DNA of 64,000 nt from Streptosporangiales bacterium (GCA_009380095.1 WHSL01000003.1:1-64000); one strand, 5' to 3'; shown: positions 52,077 to 62,897, counted from the stretch's first letter. The notes: generated from the letters alone by a model not told the origin. Translations and numbers: made by a program.

Positions 52077-53552
52077 GTGAGCACGACCCCTGAGAGCGGC
52101 ACGGCGGTGCCCACCAGCGGATTCGACCGGTACTTCAAGATCTCCGAGCGTGGCTCCACGGTCACCCAGGAGCTGCGCGGCGGCCTGGCCACGTTCTTCA
52201 CGATGGCCTACATCGTGGTCCTGAACCCCCTGATCATCGGCACCGTGGACGACGTCACCGGCCAGCACCTCGGGGACGGCGGCGTGAACCTGCCGCTGGT
52301 CGCGACGGCCACGGCGCTGGTCGCCGGGGTCATGACGATCCTCATGGGCGTGGTGGGGCGCTATCCGTTCGCGCTCGCCACCGGGCTCGGGCTCAACGCG
52401 TTCCTCGCCGTCATCGCGTCCACCCAGATGTCCTGGGAGGAGGCGATGGGCCTGGTGGTGCTCGAGGGCATCATCATCCTGATCCTGGTGCTCACCGGTT
52501 TCCGTACGGCCGTCTTCCACGCCATCCCCGCCCAGCTGAAGACGGCGATCAGCGTCGGCATCGGGCTGTTCATCGCGCTGATCGGCTTCGTGGACGCGGG
52601 GTTCGTACGGCGTATCCCGGACGTCGCCGGCACCTCGGTGCCGCTGCAGCTCGGCGTCGACAACCGCCTGAACGGCTGGCCCACACTGGTCTTCGTGATC
52701 GGCCTGCTCGTCACGGCGCTGCTGGTGGCGCGCCGGACCAAGGGCGCCATCCTGATCGGCATCCTCGGCACCACCGCGCTCGCGTTGATCGTCGAGGCCG
52801 TCGCGAACGTCGGCCCGGCGGGCAAGGACAATCCGTTCGGCTGGCAGCTGAACGTGCCGGAGCTGCCGGACAGCGTGCTCGGTATCCCCGATCTGAGTCT
52901 CGTCGGCCAGTTCAGCCTGTTCGGCGGCATCGAGCGGGTGGGCCTGCTCGCGGCGCTGCTGCTGGTCTTCACGCTGATGCTGGCCGACTTCTTCGACACC
53001 ATGGGCACGGTCGTCGGCGTCGGCGCCGAGGGCAAGCTGCTCGACAAGGATGGCAACCTGCCCGGCATCCGCGGCGTGCTCACCGTCGACTCGGTGGCGG
53101 CGGCGGCCGGCGGCGCGGCGTCGGTGTCGTCCAACACCACGTACGTGGAGTCGGCCGCGGGCGTGGGTGAGGGGGCCCGTACCGGGCTGGCCAGCGTGGT
53201 CACCGGCGTGCTGTTCCTGCTGGCGATGTTCCTGACGCCGCTCGTCACGATGGTGCCGTTCGAGGCGGCGACGCCGGCGCTGGTGATCGTCGGCTTCCTG
53301 ATGATGACCCAGATCCGGAACATCGACTTCACCGACTACGGCATCGCGATCCCGGCGTTCCTGACGATCGTTCTGATGCCGTTCGCGTTCTCCATCACCG
53401 TGGGCATCGGGGCCGGGTTCGTCAGCTACGTGGCGATCAGGGTCGTCCAGCGCCGCTCCGCCGAGGTGCATCCGCTGATGTGGCTCGTCGCCGCGCTCTT
53501 CGTGCTCTACTTCGCGATCGAACCGGTCCAGGAGGTGCTCGGCGTGGCGTGA
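52077..53552 (+). CDS. NCS2-family purine permease (AzgA/PbuG-like guanine/hypoxanthine permease)
   Basis: AzgA-type N-terminus (FDRYFKISERGSTVTQELRGGLATFFTMAYIVVLNP) and about 13 TM segments; GTG at 52077; the ORF-track start is upstream. Confidence 0.8.
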   Translation: MSTTPESGTAVPTSGFDRYFKISERGSTVTQELRGGLATFFTMAYIVVLNPLIIGTVDDVTGQHLGDGGVNLPLVATATALVAGVMTILMGVVGRYPFALATGLGLNAFLAVIASTQMSWEEAMGLVVLEGIIILILVLTGFRTAVFHAIPAQLKTAISVGIGLFIALIGFVDAGFVRRIPDVAGTSVPLQLGVDNRLNGWPTLVFVIGLLVTALLVARRTKGAILIGILGTTALALIVEAVANVGPAGKDNPFGWQLNVPELPDSVLGIPDLSLVGQFSLFGGIERVGLLAALLLVFTLMLADFFDTMGTVVGVGAEGKLLDKDGNLPGIRGVLTVDSVAAAAGGAASVSSNTTYVESAAGVGEGARTGLASVVTGVLFLLAMFLTPLVTMVPFEAATPALVIVGFLMMTQIRNIDFTDYGIAIPAFLTIVLMPFAFSITVGIGAGFVSYVAIRVVQRRSAEVHPLMWLVAALFVLYFAIEPVQEVLGVA

Positions 53553-53680
53553 GCAGCGCCCGGGCGGCCGGGTCCGAGCGGGCCGCGAACCGGGCGGCGG
53601 GACCTTCCGTGATTTGGAATATTCCCGCCGTCCGGTATCCTTAGCAAGAGTAATGAGCTTTCCTAACCAGAACCCTCGCC

Positions 53681-54118
53681 GTGTCCACACCTCAGACGCA
53701 AAGTATCGCCGGACTTTCCGCCGCGCTGCGCATCTCGATCACGAGGCTGGCGCGCCGTTTGCGCGCGCAGCGCGCCGATTCCTCCCTGTCCGGCACCCAG
53801 ATGGCCGTCCTCGCCGCGCTCGCCAAGCATCACGCGATGAGTCCGAGGGAGCTGGCCGACCACGAGAAGGTACAGCCCCCCTCCATGACGAGGGTCCTCG
53901 CGGCCCTGGAGGAGAAGGGGCTGGTGAGCCGCAGTCAGCATCCGACGGACCGGCGTCAGCAGATCGTGACCCTGACCGACGAGGGGCAGGAGCTGCTGAA
54001 ACAGGACCGGAAGCGCAGGGAGGCGTGGCTGGCCCAGCGGCTGAAGGAGCTGACCCCCGAGGAGCGGGCGACGCTGCGGCAGGCCGTGAAGATCCTGGAG
54101 CGGCTGAGCCAGGCCTGA
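53681..54118 (+). CDS. MarR family transcriptional regulator
   Basis: MarR wHTH (LSGTQMAVLAALAKHHAMSPRELADHEKVQPPSMTRVLAALEEKGLVSRSQHPTDRRQQIVTLTDEG). Confidence 0.8.
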   Translation: MSTPQTQSIAGLSAALRISITRLARRLRAQRADSSLSGTQMAVLAALAKHHAMSPRELADHEKVQPPSMTRVLAALEEKGLVSRSQHPTDRRQQIVTLTDEGQELLKQDRKRREAWLAQRLKELTPEERATLRQAVKILERLSQA

Positions 54119-55389
54119 AGGGCGTACGGGCGATCTTCCGCTCGCTGAGCACACGCAACTACCGGCTGTTTGCGACCGGCCAGGTCGTCTCCAACACCGG
54201 CACCTGGATGCAGCGGGTCGCGCAGGACTGGCTGATCCTCGAGCTCACCCACGGCAGCGGCGTGGCCCTGGGCGTCACCACGGGCCTGCAGTTCCTCCCG
54301 CTGCTGCTGTTCGGGCTGTGGGGCGGCGCGCTCGCCGACCGGTACAACAAGCGCCGGCTGCTGATGATCACGCAGGGCGTGATGGGCATGCTCGCGCTGC
54401 TCCTCGGCACGCTCGCGATCACCGGCAACGCCCAGGTGTGGCACGTGTACCTGCTCGCCTTCGGCCTCGGCATGGCCACCGTGGTGGACAACCCGACCCG
54501 GCAGACCTTCGTCGTCGAGATGGTCGGGCCCCGCGACCTGCCCAACGCGATCGCGCTGAACAGCGCCATCTTCAACCTGGCCCGGGTGCTCGGCCCCGCC
54601 GTCGCCGGCGTACTGATCGCGCTGATCGGCACCGGCCCGGTGTTCCTCGTCAACTTCGCGAGCTTCGCCGCGGTGCTCACCGGCCTGTACCTGATGCGGC
54701 CGTCCGAGCTGTACGTATCGGAGCGCGCGGTCCGGGAGAAGAGCCGGTTGCGCGAAGGCCTCGCGTACGTGGGCAAGCGCAAGGACCTCGTCCTGCTGCT
54801 CGTCCTCGTCGGGGTCGTCGCCGCGTTCGGCATGAACTTCCAGATGACCACGGCGCTGATGGCCAGGGAGGTCTTCCACACGGGAGCGGGCTCCTTCGGC
54901 CTCGCGTCGACGATGCTCGCGGTGGGCGCGCTGTCCGGGGCGCTGGTCGCGGCACGGCGGCACGGCAAGCCGCGGCTGAAGCTGCTGATCGTGTCGTCGC
55001 TGGCGTTCGGCATACTGGAGACCGCGAGCGGGCTGATGCCCACGTACCTGTCGTTCCTCATGCTGCTGGTCCCGACCGGGCTGGCGCTGCTGCTGTTCAA
55101 CACGGCGGCCAACGCCACCTTCCAGCTGTCGGTGGACCCGGCGGTCCGCGGCCGCGTAATGGGCCTCTACCTGCTCATCTTCGCCGGCACGACCCCGCTC
55201 GGTGCCCCGATCGTGGGCTGGCTCGCCGAACTCTTCGGCCCGCGCATGTCACTGATCGCCGGGGGCGTGATCTCCCTGATCGGCTCCGTCGTGGTCGGCC
55301 TGCTGCTGGCCCGCCAGCAGCAGCTCCGCCTCCGCCCGGCGCTGCTCCCCTACCCCCGCCTCCGCGTCCTCCGCGCCAGCGCGGACTGA
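54114..55389 (+). CDS. MFS transporter (12 TMS), probably co-transcribed with and regulated by the upstream MarR
   Basis: MFS signatures (LWGGALADRYNKRR); no canonical ATG/GTG at the junction with the marR stop, so the exact start is uncertain (possibly a CTG at about 54114). Confidence 0.75.
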
Positions 55390-55620
55390 CCCCACCTGCC
55401 AGCACCCCAGGCTCCTCGGTCGCCTAGTGCCAGCCGAGCGCCCGGTTCACGTCGACCGCCGGGCCGGGAGGTCCAGGCCTTCTTCCAGCAGCCGCTGAAC
55501 GGGGTGGGTGTGGGGTGGAGCCTGCCGACCCCTCGCCAGGGGTGTCGGCGGGCTCCGCATCCCTGCCCAGGGATCGCGCAAATCAAGGGCAGGAGCGCAG
55601 GGCGAAGCCTGGGAGCCACG

Positions 55621-55944
55621 TCATTCACCTAGCTCGGCTGCATTCAGCTCGCGAGTCGGCTCGACCTGTTCGCGTGCACCGCTTGGTTCTTCGATCCACT
55701 CGACACCATCGGGGGCGCGGCGGGCTTCCGACGTCTCACCAGTCGGGATGTAGTCGTCTTCTCGACCGAGGTTGAGCATGACTTCCCGCACGGTCGCGCA
55801 CGTGCCGACGCGGGAGCATTGAAGGATCTCGGCGACATACTGCCTCGCACGTCGGGGGTCATCTGTTACGCCGCACGCCTGGCCGGGGACTTCCCACAAA
55901 TACAGCGGCTCACTGTCGGCCATGAGCCAGCCTCGGTACGGCAT
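55621..55944 (-). CDS. Hypothetical small protein, divergent from the XRE-TPR regulator
   Basis: 107-aa ORF with moderate coding character; not a DUF397-type partner (no WxKSSxS motif). Confidence 0.35.
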   Translation of the reverse strand: MPYRGWLMADSEPLYLWEVPGQACGVTDDPRRARQYVAEILQCSRVGTCATVREVMLNLGREDDYIPTGETSEARRAPDGVEWIEEPSGAREQVEPTRELNAAELGE

Positions 55945-56125
55945 GCCGGCGCTCCTTCCAGGAAGGGATCAGCGCTCCATATGCGGCTTGCGGCAGACGA
56001 AACCGCGCCGCATGCTGGGGCACCAAGCGATCACCCGCTCTGCGGGTACGGGTATGCGCAGAGCGGGTAACGGAGCGCGGGAGCATCCAGTCGGCAAGTA
56101 TCAAAAGAGGCGAGGAGGCTTCCGA

Positions 56126-57397
56126 ATGAACTGGTCATCGCGAGCGATCGCGGACGCCTCACGGCTCGGTGACTACGGGAGGGTGGTACAGCTGGCTCGC
56201 CGGAAGGCTCGGATCAGCCAGCACGACCTCGGCGCCGCGTGCGGCCTCAGCCAGTCCGCCGTGTCTCGGCTTGAGCTCCGTGGGACGGACGGCTCGTACG
56301 ACATGACCCTGCTGGCCAGGGCGGCTACGGCGCTGCGGATTCCCCTGAGGCTGGTGGGACTGGACGATCACCACCCCGTCCTGGACGAAGGACGGGATGG
56401 GAACCTGGAACGGCGAACTCTCCTCACTGGGGCAGCGGCCACGGCGGCGGCCCCAGCCCTGGTGAAGACGCATGCGCAACCAGGGGCGCGCGATAGCGCG
56501 CCAGTGGGACAGGTGGCCGCTCTGCGGCTGGCCACGACAGCGTTTCGGCGGATGGAGGGGGTGACTCCCTCACGGATGCTGTCTGACCCCGTGCTGGCGC
56601 ATCTCCGGTTGGTGCAGACGCTCGCCGGGGAGATGGATGACCCGGATGAAAGGGCCCGGCTAGCCGCTCTTGGAAGCGAGGTCGCGAGTTTCGCGGCTTG
56701 GCTGGCCTGGGACATGGCCGATCACGGATCGGCGCGTACCTGGTACGGCACCGCTGTCAAGGCCGCACGACGTTCCCGTAATCGTCTGCTGGTGGCCTAC
56801 CAGCTCGGGAGCCTGGCCCAGATGGAGGCGCACATGGGCAACGCCCAACAGGGGCTCAGCCTCATCCGGGCGGCTCGCAGCAATCTGGGAGAGCAGCCGC
56901 CCGCCGTGGCCGCCGGTTGGCTCTCGGCGACCGAGGCCGTAGCCCATGCGGCCGGCGGAGACTCCCAGCTGGCTGCTGACGCGCTGACGCGCGCTGCGAC
57001 AGCGGTGGAACGCGTGGGAGAGCAGGACGCCCCACCATGGCCATGGGTCTTCATTTTCGACGCCGCCAGGGTCGAGTCCTTCCGGGTGACCTGCGGCGCC
57101 CTGCTCGGCCTGCCGCAATGGACGGCAGCCGCGTACCGCGGCGCCCGGGGCGTGCTCACCGGCGAGCACGACAAGCAGCGCGCCCTACTGCTGCTCGATT
57201 TCGCCTCCGGACAGCTCGCCGCCGGACAGCTTGACGGCGCATTCCTGCTCGCGACGCGGGCGGTCGACATCGGGCTACAGCGGCGTTCCGGACGCATCAT
57301 TGACCGGGCCCGCGCCCTGCGGCGCGCCTACACCTCGCCGTCGCCGCCGAAGGCTATCCGCGACTTTGATGATCGTCTGCACAGCGCCTACATCTGA
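56126..57397 (+). CDS. XRE-family HTH regulator with large TPR-like C-terminal domain (Streptomyces-type DUF5753-like)
   Basis: HTH (VVQLARRKARISQHDLGAACGLSQSAVSRLELRG); long helical repeat C-terminus; GAGGAGG RBS before the ATG at 56126; the ORF-track version is overextended. Confidence 0.7.
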   Translation: MNWSSRAIADASRLGDYGRVVQLARRKARISQHDLGAACGLSQSAVSRLELRGTDGSYDMTLLARAATALRIPLRLVGLDDHHPVLDEGRDGNLERRTLLTGAAATAAAPALVKTHAQPGARDSAPVGQVAALRLATTAFRRMEGVTPSRMLSDPVLAHLRLVQTLAGEMDDPDERARLAALGSEVASFAAWLAWDMADHGSARTWYGTAVKAARRSRNRLLVAYQLGSLAQMEAHMGNAQQGLSLIRAARSNLGEQPPAVAAGWLSATEAVAHAAGGDSQLAADALTRAATAVERVGEQDAPPWPWVFIFDAARVESFRVTCGALLGLPQWTAAAYRGARGVLTGEHDKQRALLLLDFASGQLAAGQLDGAFLLATRAVDIGLQRRSGRIIDRARALRRAYTSPSPPKAIRDFDDRLHSAYI

Positions 57398-57414
57398 AGG
57401 AGCCGGCACCCGCC

Positions 57415-57888
57415 ATGCGTATAGGAATCACCGGCCATCGTGGCCTGTCCGAGCGAGTGGAGAACCTGATCCGGCAGGAACTGGAACGGGCCGTCAAACA
57501 GACCGAGGGCGACCTAGTGGGAGTGACATGCCTCGCGGACGGCCCGGACACTTGGTTCGCCGAGACGATCCTCGATCAGGGGGGCCGACTTGAGGTGGTG
57601 ATTCCCGCGACCGCTTACCGCGATGGCCTCCCAGCTTGGCATCACCCGAAGTACGACGAGTTGCTTCGACGGGCGAGCGACGTGCACAGCACCGGTCTGA
57701 CCGACTCCACCTCCGAGGCCCACCAAGCGGGTAGTGAGACCCTCGTAGGTCTCGTGGATGAGCTGGTAGCCGTCTGGGACGGGCTCCCGGCGCGGGGCTT
57801 CGGCGGGACGGCGGATGTGGTCGCCTACGCCGAGCGCGTCGGAGTCCCGGTGCGCATCGTCTGGCCCGCCGGAGCCGTACGGGACTGA
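57415..57888 (+). CDS. SLOG-superfamily (YpsA/DprA/LOG-like Rossmann) protein
   Basis: N-terminal MRIGITGHRGL (GxTGxR), mid GVTCLADGPDTWFAETIL, C-terminal AVWDG...GGTADVVAYA pattern resembling YpsA-like SLOG domains; GAAGGA RBS; starts 18 nt after the XRE-TPR stop. Confidence 0.45.
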   Translation: MRIGITGHRGLSERVENLIRQELERAVKQTEGDLVGVTCLADGPDTWFAETILDQGGRLEVVIPATAYRDGLPAWHHPKYDELLRRASDVHSTGLTDSTSEAHQAGSETLVGLVDELVAVWDGLPARGFGGTADVVAYAERVGVPVRIVWPAGAVRD

Positions 57889-57946
57889 GAAACGCCGGGG
57901 GTCATGTCTATGACCACTCATTCACTCCAATCACGGAGGAGAGGCG

Positions 57947-59541
57947 TAGCGAAGGGTCAGGAGTGGCAGTGGTCCCCGCCGGAGGGGGCGAGGTCGAGGG
58001 CGGGGTTGCGGTCGAAGAAGCCGAAGGGCTTGAGGGTGAAGCCGGCGTACTCGACCGGCATCACCGGGAAGTCTTCGGGGCGGCAGAAGTGCGTGGTGCC
58101 GACCGTGTGCCAGAGGACGACACCGGTGTCGACGATGGGACGGTCGGCGGCGGTCCAGGCGGGCAGGCCGGCGCCGCCGGTTGTCCGGCCCGTCCACGCA
58201 CATGTCGAGCCGGTAGCTGAACAGGTGCTGGTGGTGCGGCCCGGCCAGCTCGGGGGTGACCGGGTTCGCGAACGGGACGCGGGTCCCCGGCTGGACCGCC
58301 TGGGTCTGGATGATCCCGGTCAGCTTGATCTCGGCCTGGATCGTGCCGTCGAGGTAGAAGTACCAGAAGAAGCCGTACTCGTAGTTGCCGACCGTGGCGA
58401 TCGTGGAGACCACGAGCCGCCGGGACCGGCGCACCTCGCTGACGCCGCCCATCGCGTCCACGTGCTTCCAGAGGATCCCGTAGTCCTCCTCGTGCAGGCA
58501 GATCGCGTTCGCGATGGTGTGCGCCTCGCCGTTCTCGTCGGACATCGCCGCGTCCAGGTAGACGATCTCGCCGAGGCAGTCGCAGCCCAGCTCCAGGCTG
58601 TTCACCATCTTTCCGAGCCCGACGTCACCCGCGTCGAACGCGTTCTTCCAGTAGTGGTTGAGCGCGGTGGACCCGTACGGCACGACCATCTCGCACATGC
58701 TCGCCCGGTACATCAGTGGCCGCAGCCGGTCGCCGTCGGCGTACCCGACCTCGTGCAGCACCAGCCCCTCGATGGGGTGCAGCGAGACCCGCATCCGCCA
58801 CGGTCCCCAGGCCAGCGCGCCGTCCTTCACGGTGAACCCGGGACCGTCCGGCTGCGTGATCTCCAGCGTGCCAGCTCGCGCAGCTCGCCCTGGCTGGCCG
58901 CGTCGTAGCGGCCGGACGGGCGCGGGCACCGGGCCGGGCTCGCCCTCCTGGATCTCGGTCACCTCGCCGGTGTCCCGGTCCGCGATCACTACCAGGTTCT
59001 CGATCGGGTGCGCGTACGCGTTGTCGCCCTTGGCGTCCAGCCGGTACGAGACCGCGCGCGTGATGCGCCGCCCCGACTTGTCCACCTCGGCGCCGAACCA
59101 GCTCGCCGGCCACGGGTCGATCTGCACCAGGTCCAGGTCGGTGACGCCGCGCTTGGCGAGTACGGCCTGATATGCCGGGTCCTTCTTGATCGCCTCCGCG
59201 TTGGCGACCCACTCCTCCATCATGATCGGCGGCTGCTCGCCCTCCAGGTGGGTGCAGCCGGTGACCGTGTCCGTCTCCAGCGACACGGTCAGCATGGAGG
59301 TACGGCGCAGCGGGCGCTCGTACACCACGACCAGGGCGGCGCGTGGCGCCGGCGGCCCGTCGAGCGCGAAGAAGCGGTCCCGCGAGGGCTCCGCGAGCGC
59401 GCAGTACACGACCCGTGCACCGGCGTCGACCTGCCCCGACGTCAGTACGGTCGCGCAGGCGCGGGTGATCTCCTCGGGTAGCAGGGGGGCCAGGGGGTGC
59501 CGGGCTCGGGTACCCGTCGAGGAGTCCACGATCTGGGTCAT
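57947..59541 (-). pseudogene. Copper amine oxidase (TPQ-dependent primary amine oxidase) with internal deletion/frameshift near 58195-58215
   Basis: TPQ consensus TVGNYEYGFFW and HHQH copper-ligand region are present; after RLDMCVDGPDN the frame is lost; the +1 frame encodes the authentic C-terminus (WHTVGTTHFCRPEDFPVMPVEYAGFTLKPFGFFDRNPALD) but about 110 residues expected between the two are absent. Confidence 0.6.
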
Positions 59542-59647
59542 GGTGATCCCTTCTGCAGTCGGCCGGCGGCACATCGTGAGCCGGCGACGCGGTTTCCACG
59601 GTCGCCCACGGCGGCACCAACATCAAGGCCGGCGGTGGGACCGGTCG

Positions 59648-62600
59648 TCAGAAGAGGCGTTCGAGGAGGAGGTCGTCGGCGCGGGCCGGGTCATCCAGGA
59701 CGGCGGCGAGGAGATGGCGGTCCGCCCAGCGGTCGGCCGCCCAGGCGAGTCCGCGGGCCAGCCCTTGCGTACCCGAGGCGTGCACCTCGCCGCCGGTGTA
59801 TCGCCAGGGCACCGGGACGCCGTCGACCAGCAGTTCGTCATGGGCCACGTACGACTCCGGCGCCTCGGGGAGCAGCCTCCGTACGGCCTCCGGCACCGGG
59901 CGCCGTGCCCCGTCCGAGGTGACCTCGCCGGGGACCTCCTCGCGCGCCAGCGTGAGCCCGAGCACTTCGGCGAGCCGCTCCGCCACCTCCGCCGGGACCG
60001 GGATCAGCGGGCTGCCCCCGAGCAGCGGCACCAGGTCGGGCGCGTCGACCACGATCGCGTCCGCCGCGTCCACCACGGCGGGCTCACCGGCGTCGAGCGC
60101 GCGGACGCGGTCCGGCGGTGTGACCGCGCCGGGGTCGGCGTCGGCGAGCGCCGTCCACAGGCTGTGGAGATGTTCGGCGGTCACGGTCCGCGTGGGGTCG
60201 GCGAGCCTGGCGACCAGGTCGTCCGGTCCGGACGGGTCGTTCAGTAGGCGGTCCAGGGAGGTACGGACCCCGAGGACCGCGGCGAGGCGTGGGTCCAGGT
60301 CGTCCGGGGCGGGGTCGTACAGGCCGTGCAGCAGCGGGTCGGCGTCCGCGGTACGCAGCCCGGACGGGGTAGAGCCGCCGAGCAGCGCGTGCTCGCCGAG
60401 CCACCAGGCGGTGTAGGACGGCACCTCGACGCGGCGCCCGTCGCCGAGCAGGACCCGCGCGGGTTCCAGCAGGGCCTCCCGCAGGGGTGGTTCGGCCAGC
60501 AGGTCCAGGGCCTGGGGCCAGCGGGCGGGGTCGACGAGCTCGAGGTCCCGTACCGCGATGAACTCCGGCAGCACCGGCGGCAGGCCCGCGTCCGGGAGCC
60601 GGTCGAGCACCCACTCCCACCAGGCGTCCTCGTCGTCCAGCTGGAAGTCGGGCTCGGTGACGTCCTCCGCACGGACCAGGGCGAACGTACGGAGTACGCC
60701 GGCGGCCTCGAGGGTCTCGGTGCCGTACCGCTCCACCAGGGCCGGGTCCACCGCGCCGAACGGGGAGTCCTCCTCGATCACCGTGGCCAGGGGCCCGTCG
60801 GGGAAGACGAGTTCGCCCGCCGGGTAGAGCTCGCCGTCGGCGCCGCGCAGGGCCAGGTCGGCAAGCCAGGGGCGGTCGCCGGGCGCCGATCCCGCGGCGG
60901 CGGCGAGGTCCAGGACGGCTTCGGCGATCGGTTCCGGCTCTTCGGCGTCGTACGAGTGCTCGGCCGCGGCCCTGGTCAAAGGGTCGTCCAGGACCCCGGA
61001 CGGAGTGCCGGGGACCGCGCCGAGGCGCGCCAGGAGCGGATGGACGGCGTCCGGATGCACGATGCGGAGGCCCAGCGGCTCCAGCTTGGCGGGGTGCAGG
61101 CCCTCCTCGGGGAGCAGGAGGCCGCGTGGGCCGCGGACCGTACGGCCGTCCGCGAGCGGTACCGGCAGCGCTCCCAGCGCGTCCGCGGCGCCGGGGTCGA
61201 GTGCGCCGTACAGCCCGCGCCACCAGGCGGGATCGCGGTTCAGGTCGGCGAGGAGGTCGACGAGGTCGGCCGGGGCGAGGCGGCGTACGCCGAGCGTCGC
61301 CAGCGCGGGATGCCGTACCGGGAAGGCGGCCGGCAGCAGCCCGCGCAGCACGTCGCCCAGCACCCCCACCAGCTCCGTACCTCCCTCGACCGCCACCGCA
61401 TCCCGCGACCTCAACCGCTCCGCCTCCCCGCTCCGCGGGCCGGGCGCGGAGGACGGCGGGGTGGCGGCCGGGAGGAAGGCGGTGTCGGCGAGGGCCGTGA
61501 GGATGGTGCGGCGGAGGCGGGCGTCGAGTTCGCCGGCGGCGGCGCGGGTGGGGACCAGATCCAGGAGGCTCGGTACGGGCGGGACGCCGGGGAGCGCCGC
61601 CGCGTACGCCGCCCCGGCCCGCTCCAGCAGCAGATCGGTCAGCGGCCCGGGCGCCACGTGCCGGCGGTCGGGCGCGAGCGGAAACGTGGCGAGCAGCAGC
61701 GCGGGCAGGCCGATCGGCTCATCGCTCGGCGTCGGCGCGTGCAGCACGGACGACACACCGGCGGGCAGCGGCACCGGCGCCCCCGCCGCGTCCACCGGAA
61801 ACGCCCACCGCACCGACCACTCCGGCCGCCCCCGCTCCTCGGCCGGCCGATCCGCCAGCAACTCCGCCCCGGCCGTCCCCACCTCCTCCCGAATCCGCCA
61901 CCGACTGACGACCCCGCCACTCTCGATCGCCACGACCCCAACCTCGCGCGCGGCAGGCCCGGCCTCGGCGCCGGTGGCGGGATCGGGGGCAGGGGCCGGC
62001 TGGTGGGTGGCGGTGAGGGTGCGGAGGGTGCCTTCGGTGTCGATCTCGACCGTGCGCAGGGCGGGCAGGGCGAGGAGGAGGGCGGGGCCTGTCTCCTCCA
62101 GAACGCGGCGGACCAGAACGGCCGCGTCGGCATCGCGCAGGGGCAGCACGACCTCGGTGGTGAATCCCTGCGGCGGCTCGGCCGCGGCCGGGAACGGGAG
62201 CCGGAGCAGCGGAACGTGCCCGCCACGGTGCGTGAGCTCGCCGGCCAGCGCGGGCAGCGCCTCCACGGCGGCGCGGGTACGGTGCCGCGACCACCCCACG
62301 GCCCCCGCCGCCGAAGCGATCACCGGCTCGTCACTGACCGCCGCAACCGCCGCGAACCCCACCCCGAACCGCCCGACGGTGACCGCACCGGAGTCGCGCT
62401 TGGCGGACGCGCGCAGCGTGGAGAGGGCCTCGACGCCGTCCGCGGTGAGCGGGGCGCCGGTGTTGGCGGCACGCAGGGTACGGCCGTCGAAACGGAGCAG
62501 GAGCCGCCCGGGCTCACCGGCCCGTACGGCCGCGTCGGCCGCGTTCTGCGCCAGCTCGACGATCACGCGGTCGCGGTACCCGCCGAGGGCGTAGTCCTCC

Positions 62601-62716
62601 TCGGCGTTGGCGTCCTCCCGGAACCGCGCCGGCGCGGCCGCCCACGCGTCCAGCACCCGCCGTCGCAACACCGCGGTCCCGTACGGGTCGCCGCCGCTCT
62701 CCTGCCGCTCGTCCAC
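59648..62716 (-). CDS. Large (1022 aa) sacsin/Hsp90-like GHKL ATPase domain protein of unknown function
   Basis: N-terminal GHKL motifs (VIVELAQNAADAAVRAG; DGVEALSTLRASAKRD; TVGRFGVGFAAVAAVSD) followed by about 800 aa with no recognisable domain; the antisense ORFs are Arg-rich junk. Confidence 0.7.
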   Translation of the reverse strand: MDERQESGGDPYGTAVLRRRVLDAWAAAPARFREDANAEEDYALGGYRDRVIVELAQNAADAAVRAGEPGRLLLRFDGRTLRAANTGAPLTADGVEALSTLRASAKRDSGAVTVGRFGVGFAAVAAVSDEPVIASAAGAVGWSRHRTRAAVEALPALAGELTHRGGHVPLLRLPFPAAAEPPQGFTTEVVLPLRDADAAVLVRRVLEETGPALLLALPALRTVEIDTEGTLRTLTATHQPAPAPDPATGAEAGPAAREVGVVAIESGGVVSRWRIREEVGTAGAELLADRPAEERGRPEWSVRWAFPVDAAGAPVPLPAGVSSVLHAPTPSDEPIGLPALLLATFPLAPDRRHVAPGPLTDLLLERAGAAYAAALPGVPPVPSLLDLVPTRAAAGELDARLRRTILTALADTAFLPAATPPSSAPGPRSGEAERLRSRDAVAVEGGTELVGVLGDVLRGLLPAAFPVRHPALATLGVRRLAPADLVDLLADLNRDPAWWRGLYGALDPGAADALGALPVPLADGRTVRGPRGLLLPEEGLHPAKLEPLGLRIVHPDAVHPLLARLGAVPGTPSGVLDDPLTRAAAEHSYDAEEPEPIAEAVLDLAAAAGSAPGDRPWLADLALRGADGELYPAGELVFPDGPLATVIEEDSPFGAVDPALVERYGTETLEAAGVLRTFALVRAEDVTEPDFQLDDEDAWWEWVLDRLPDAGLPPVLPEFIAVRDLELVDPARWPQALDLLAEPPLREALLEPARVLLGDGRRVEVPSYTAWWLGEHALLGGSTPSGLRTADADPLLHGLYDPAPDDLDPRLAAVLGVRTSLDRLLNDPSGPDDLVARLADPTRTVTAEHLHSLWTALADADPGAVTPPDRVRALDAGEPAVVDAADAIVVDAPDLVPLLGGSPLIPVPAEVAERLAEVLGLTLAREEVPGEVTSDGARRPVPEAVRRLLPEAPESYVAHDELLVDGVPVPWRYTGGEVHASGTQGLARGLAWAADRWADRHLLAAVLDDPARADDLLLERLF

Positions 62717-62897
62717 GAGCCCTCAGCCTAGGGTCTCCAACCCACCCGACGACGCCCCCGGCTCCCCACGGCCCCACGCTGACAGGTGCCGATGCCGGTC
62801 GGACGCCACCTGGCACCCGCGACGCCGGTCGGGCACGCACCCGGGCACGCCGACGCCGGGCCGGCGCAGCTACTACACCAAGGGCCCCGGCGGAAGA

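Noticed and set aside
55400-55620. tRNA or small RNA in the 230-bp gap after the MFS gene
   Set aside because: No cloverleaf-compatible acceptor/T-arm (GTTCRANYC) arrangement was found. The GGTTCACG stretch lacks flanking stems.
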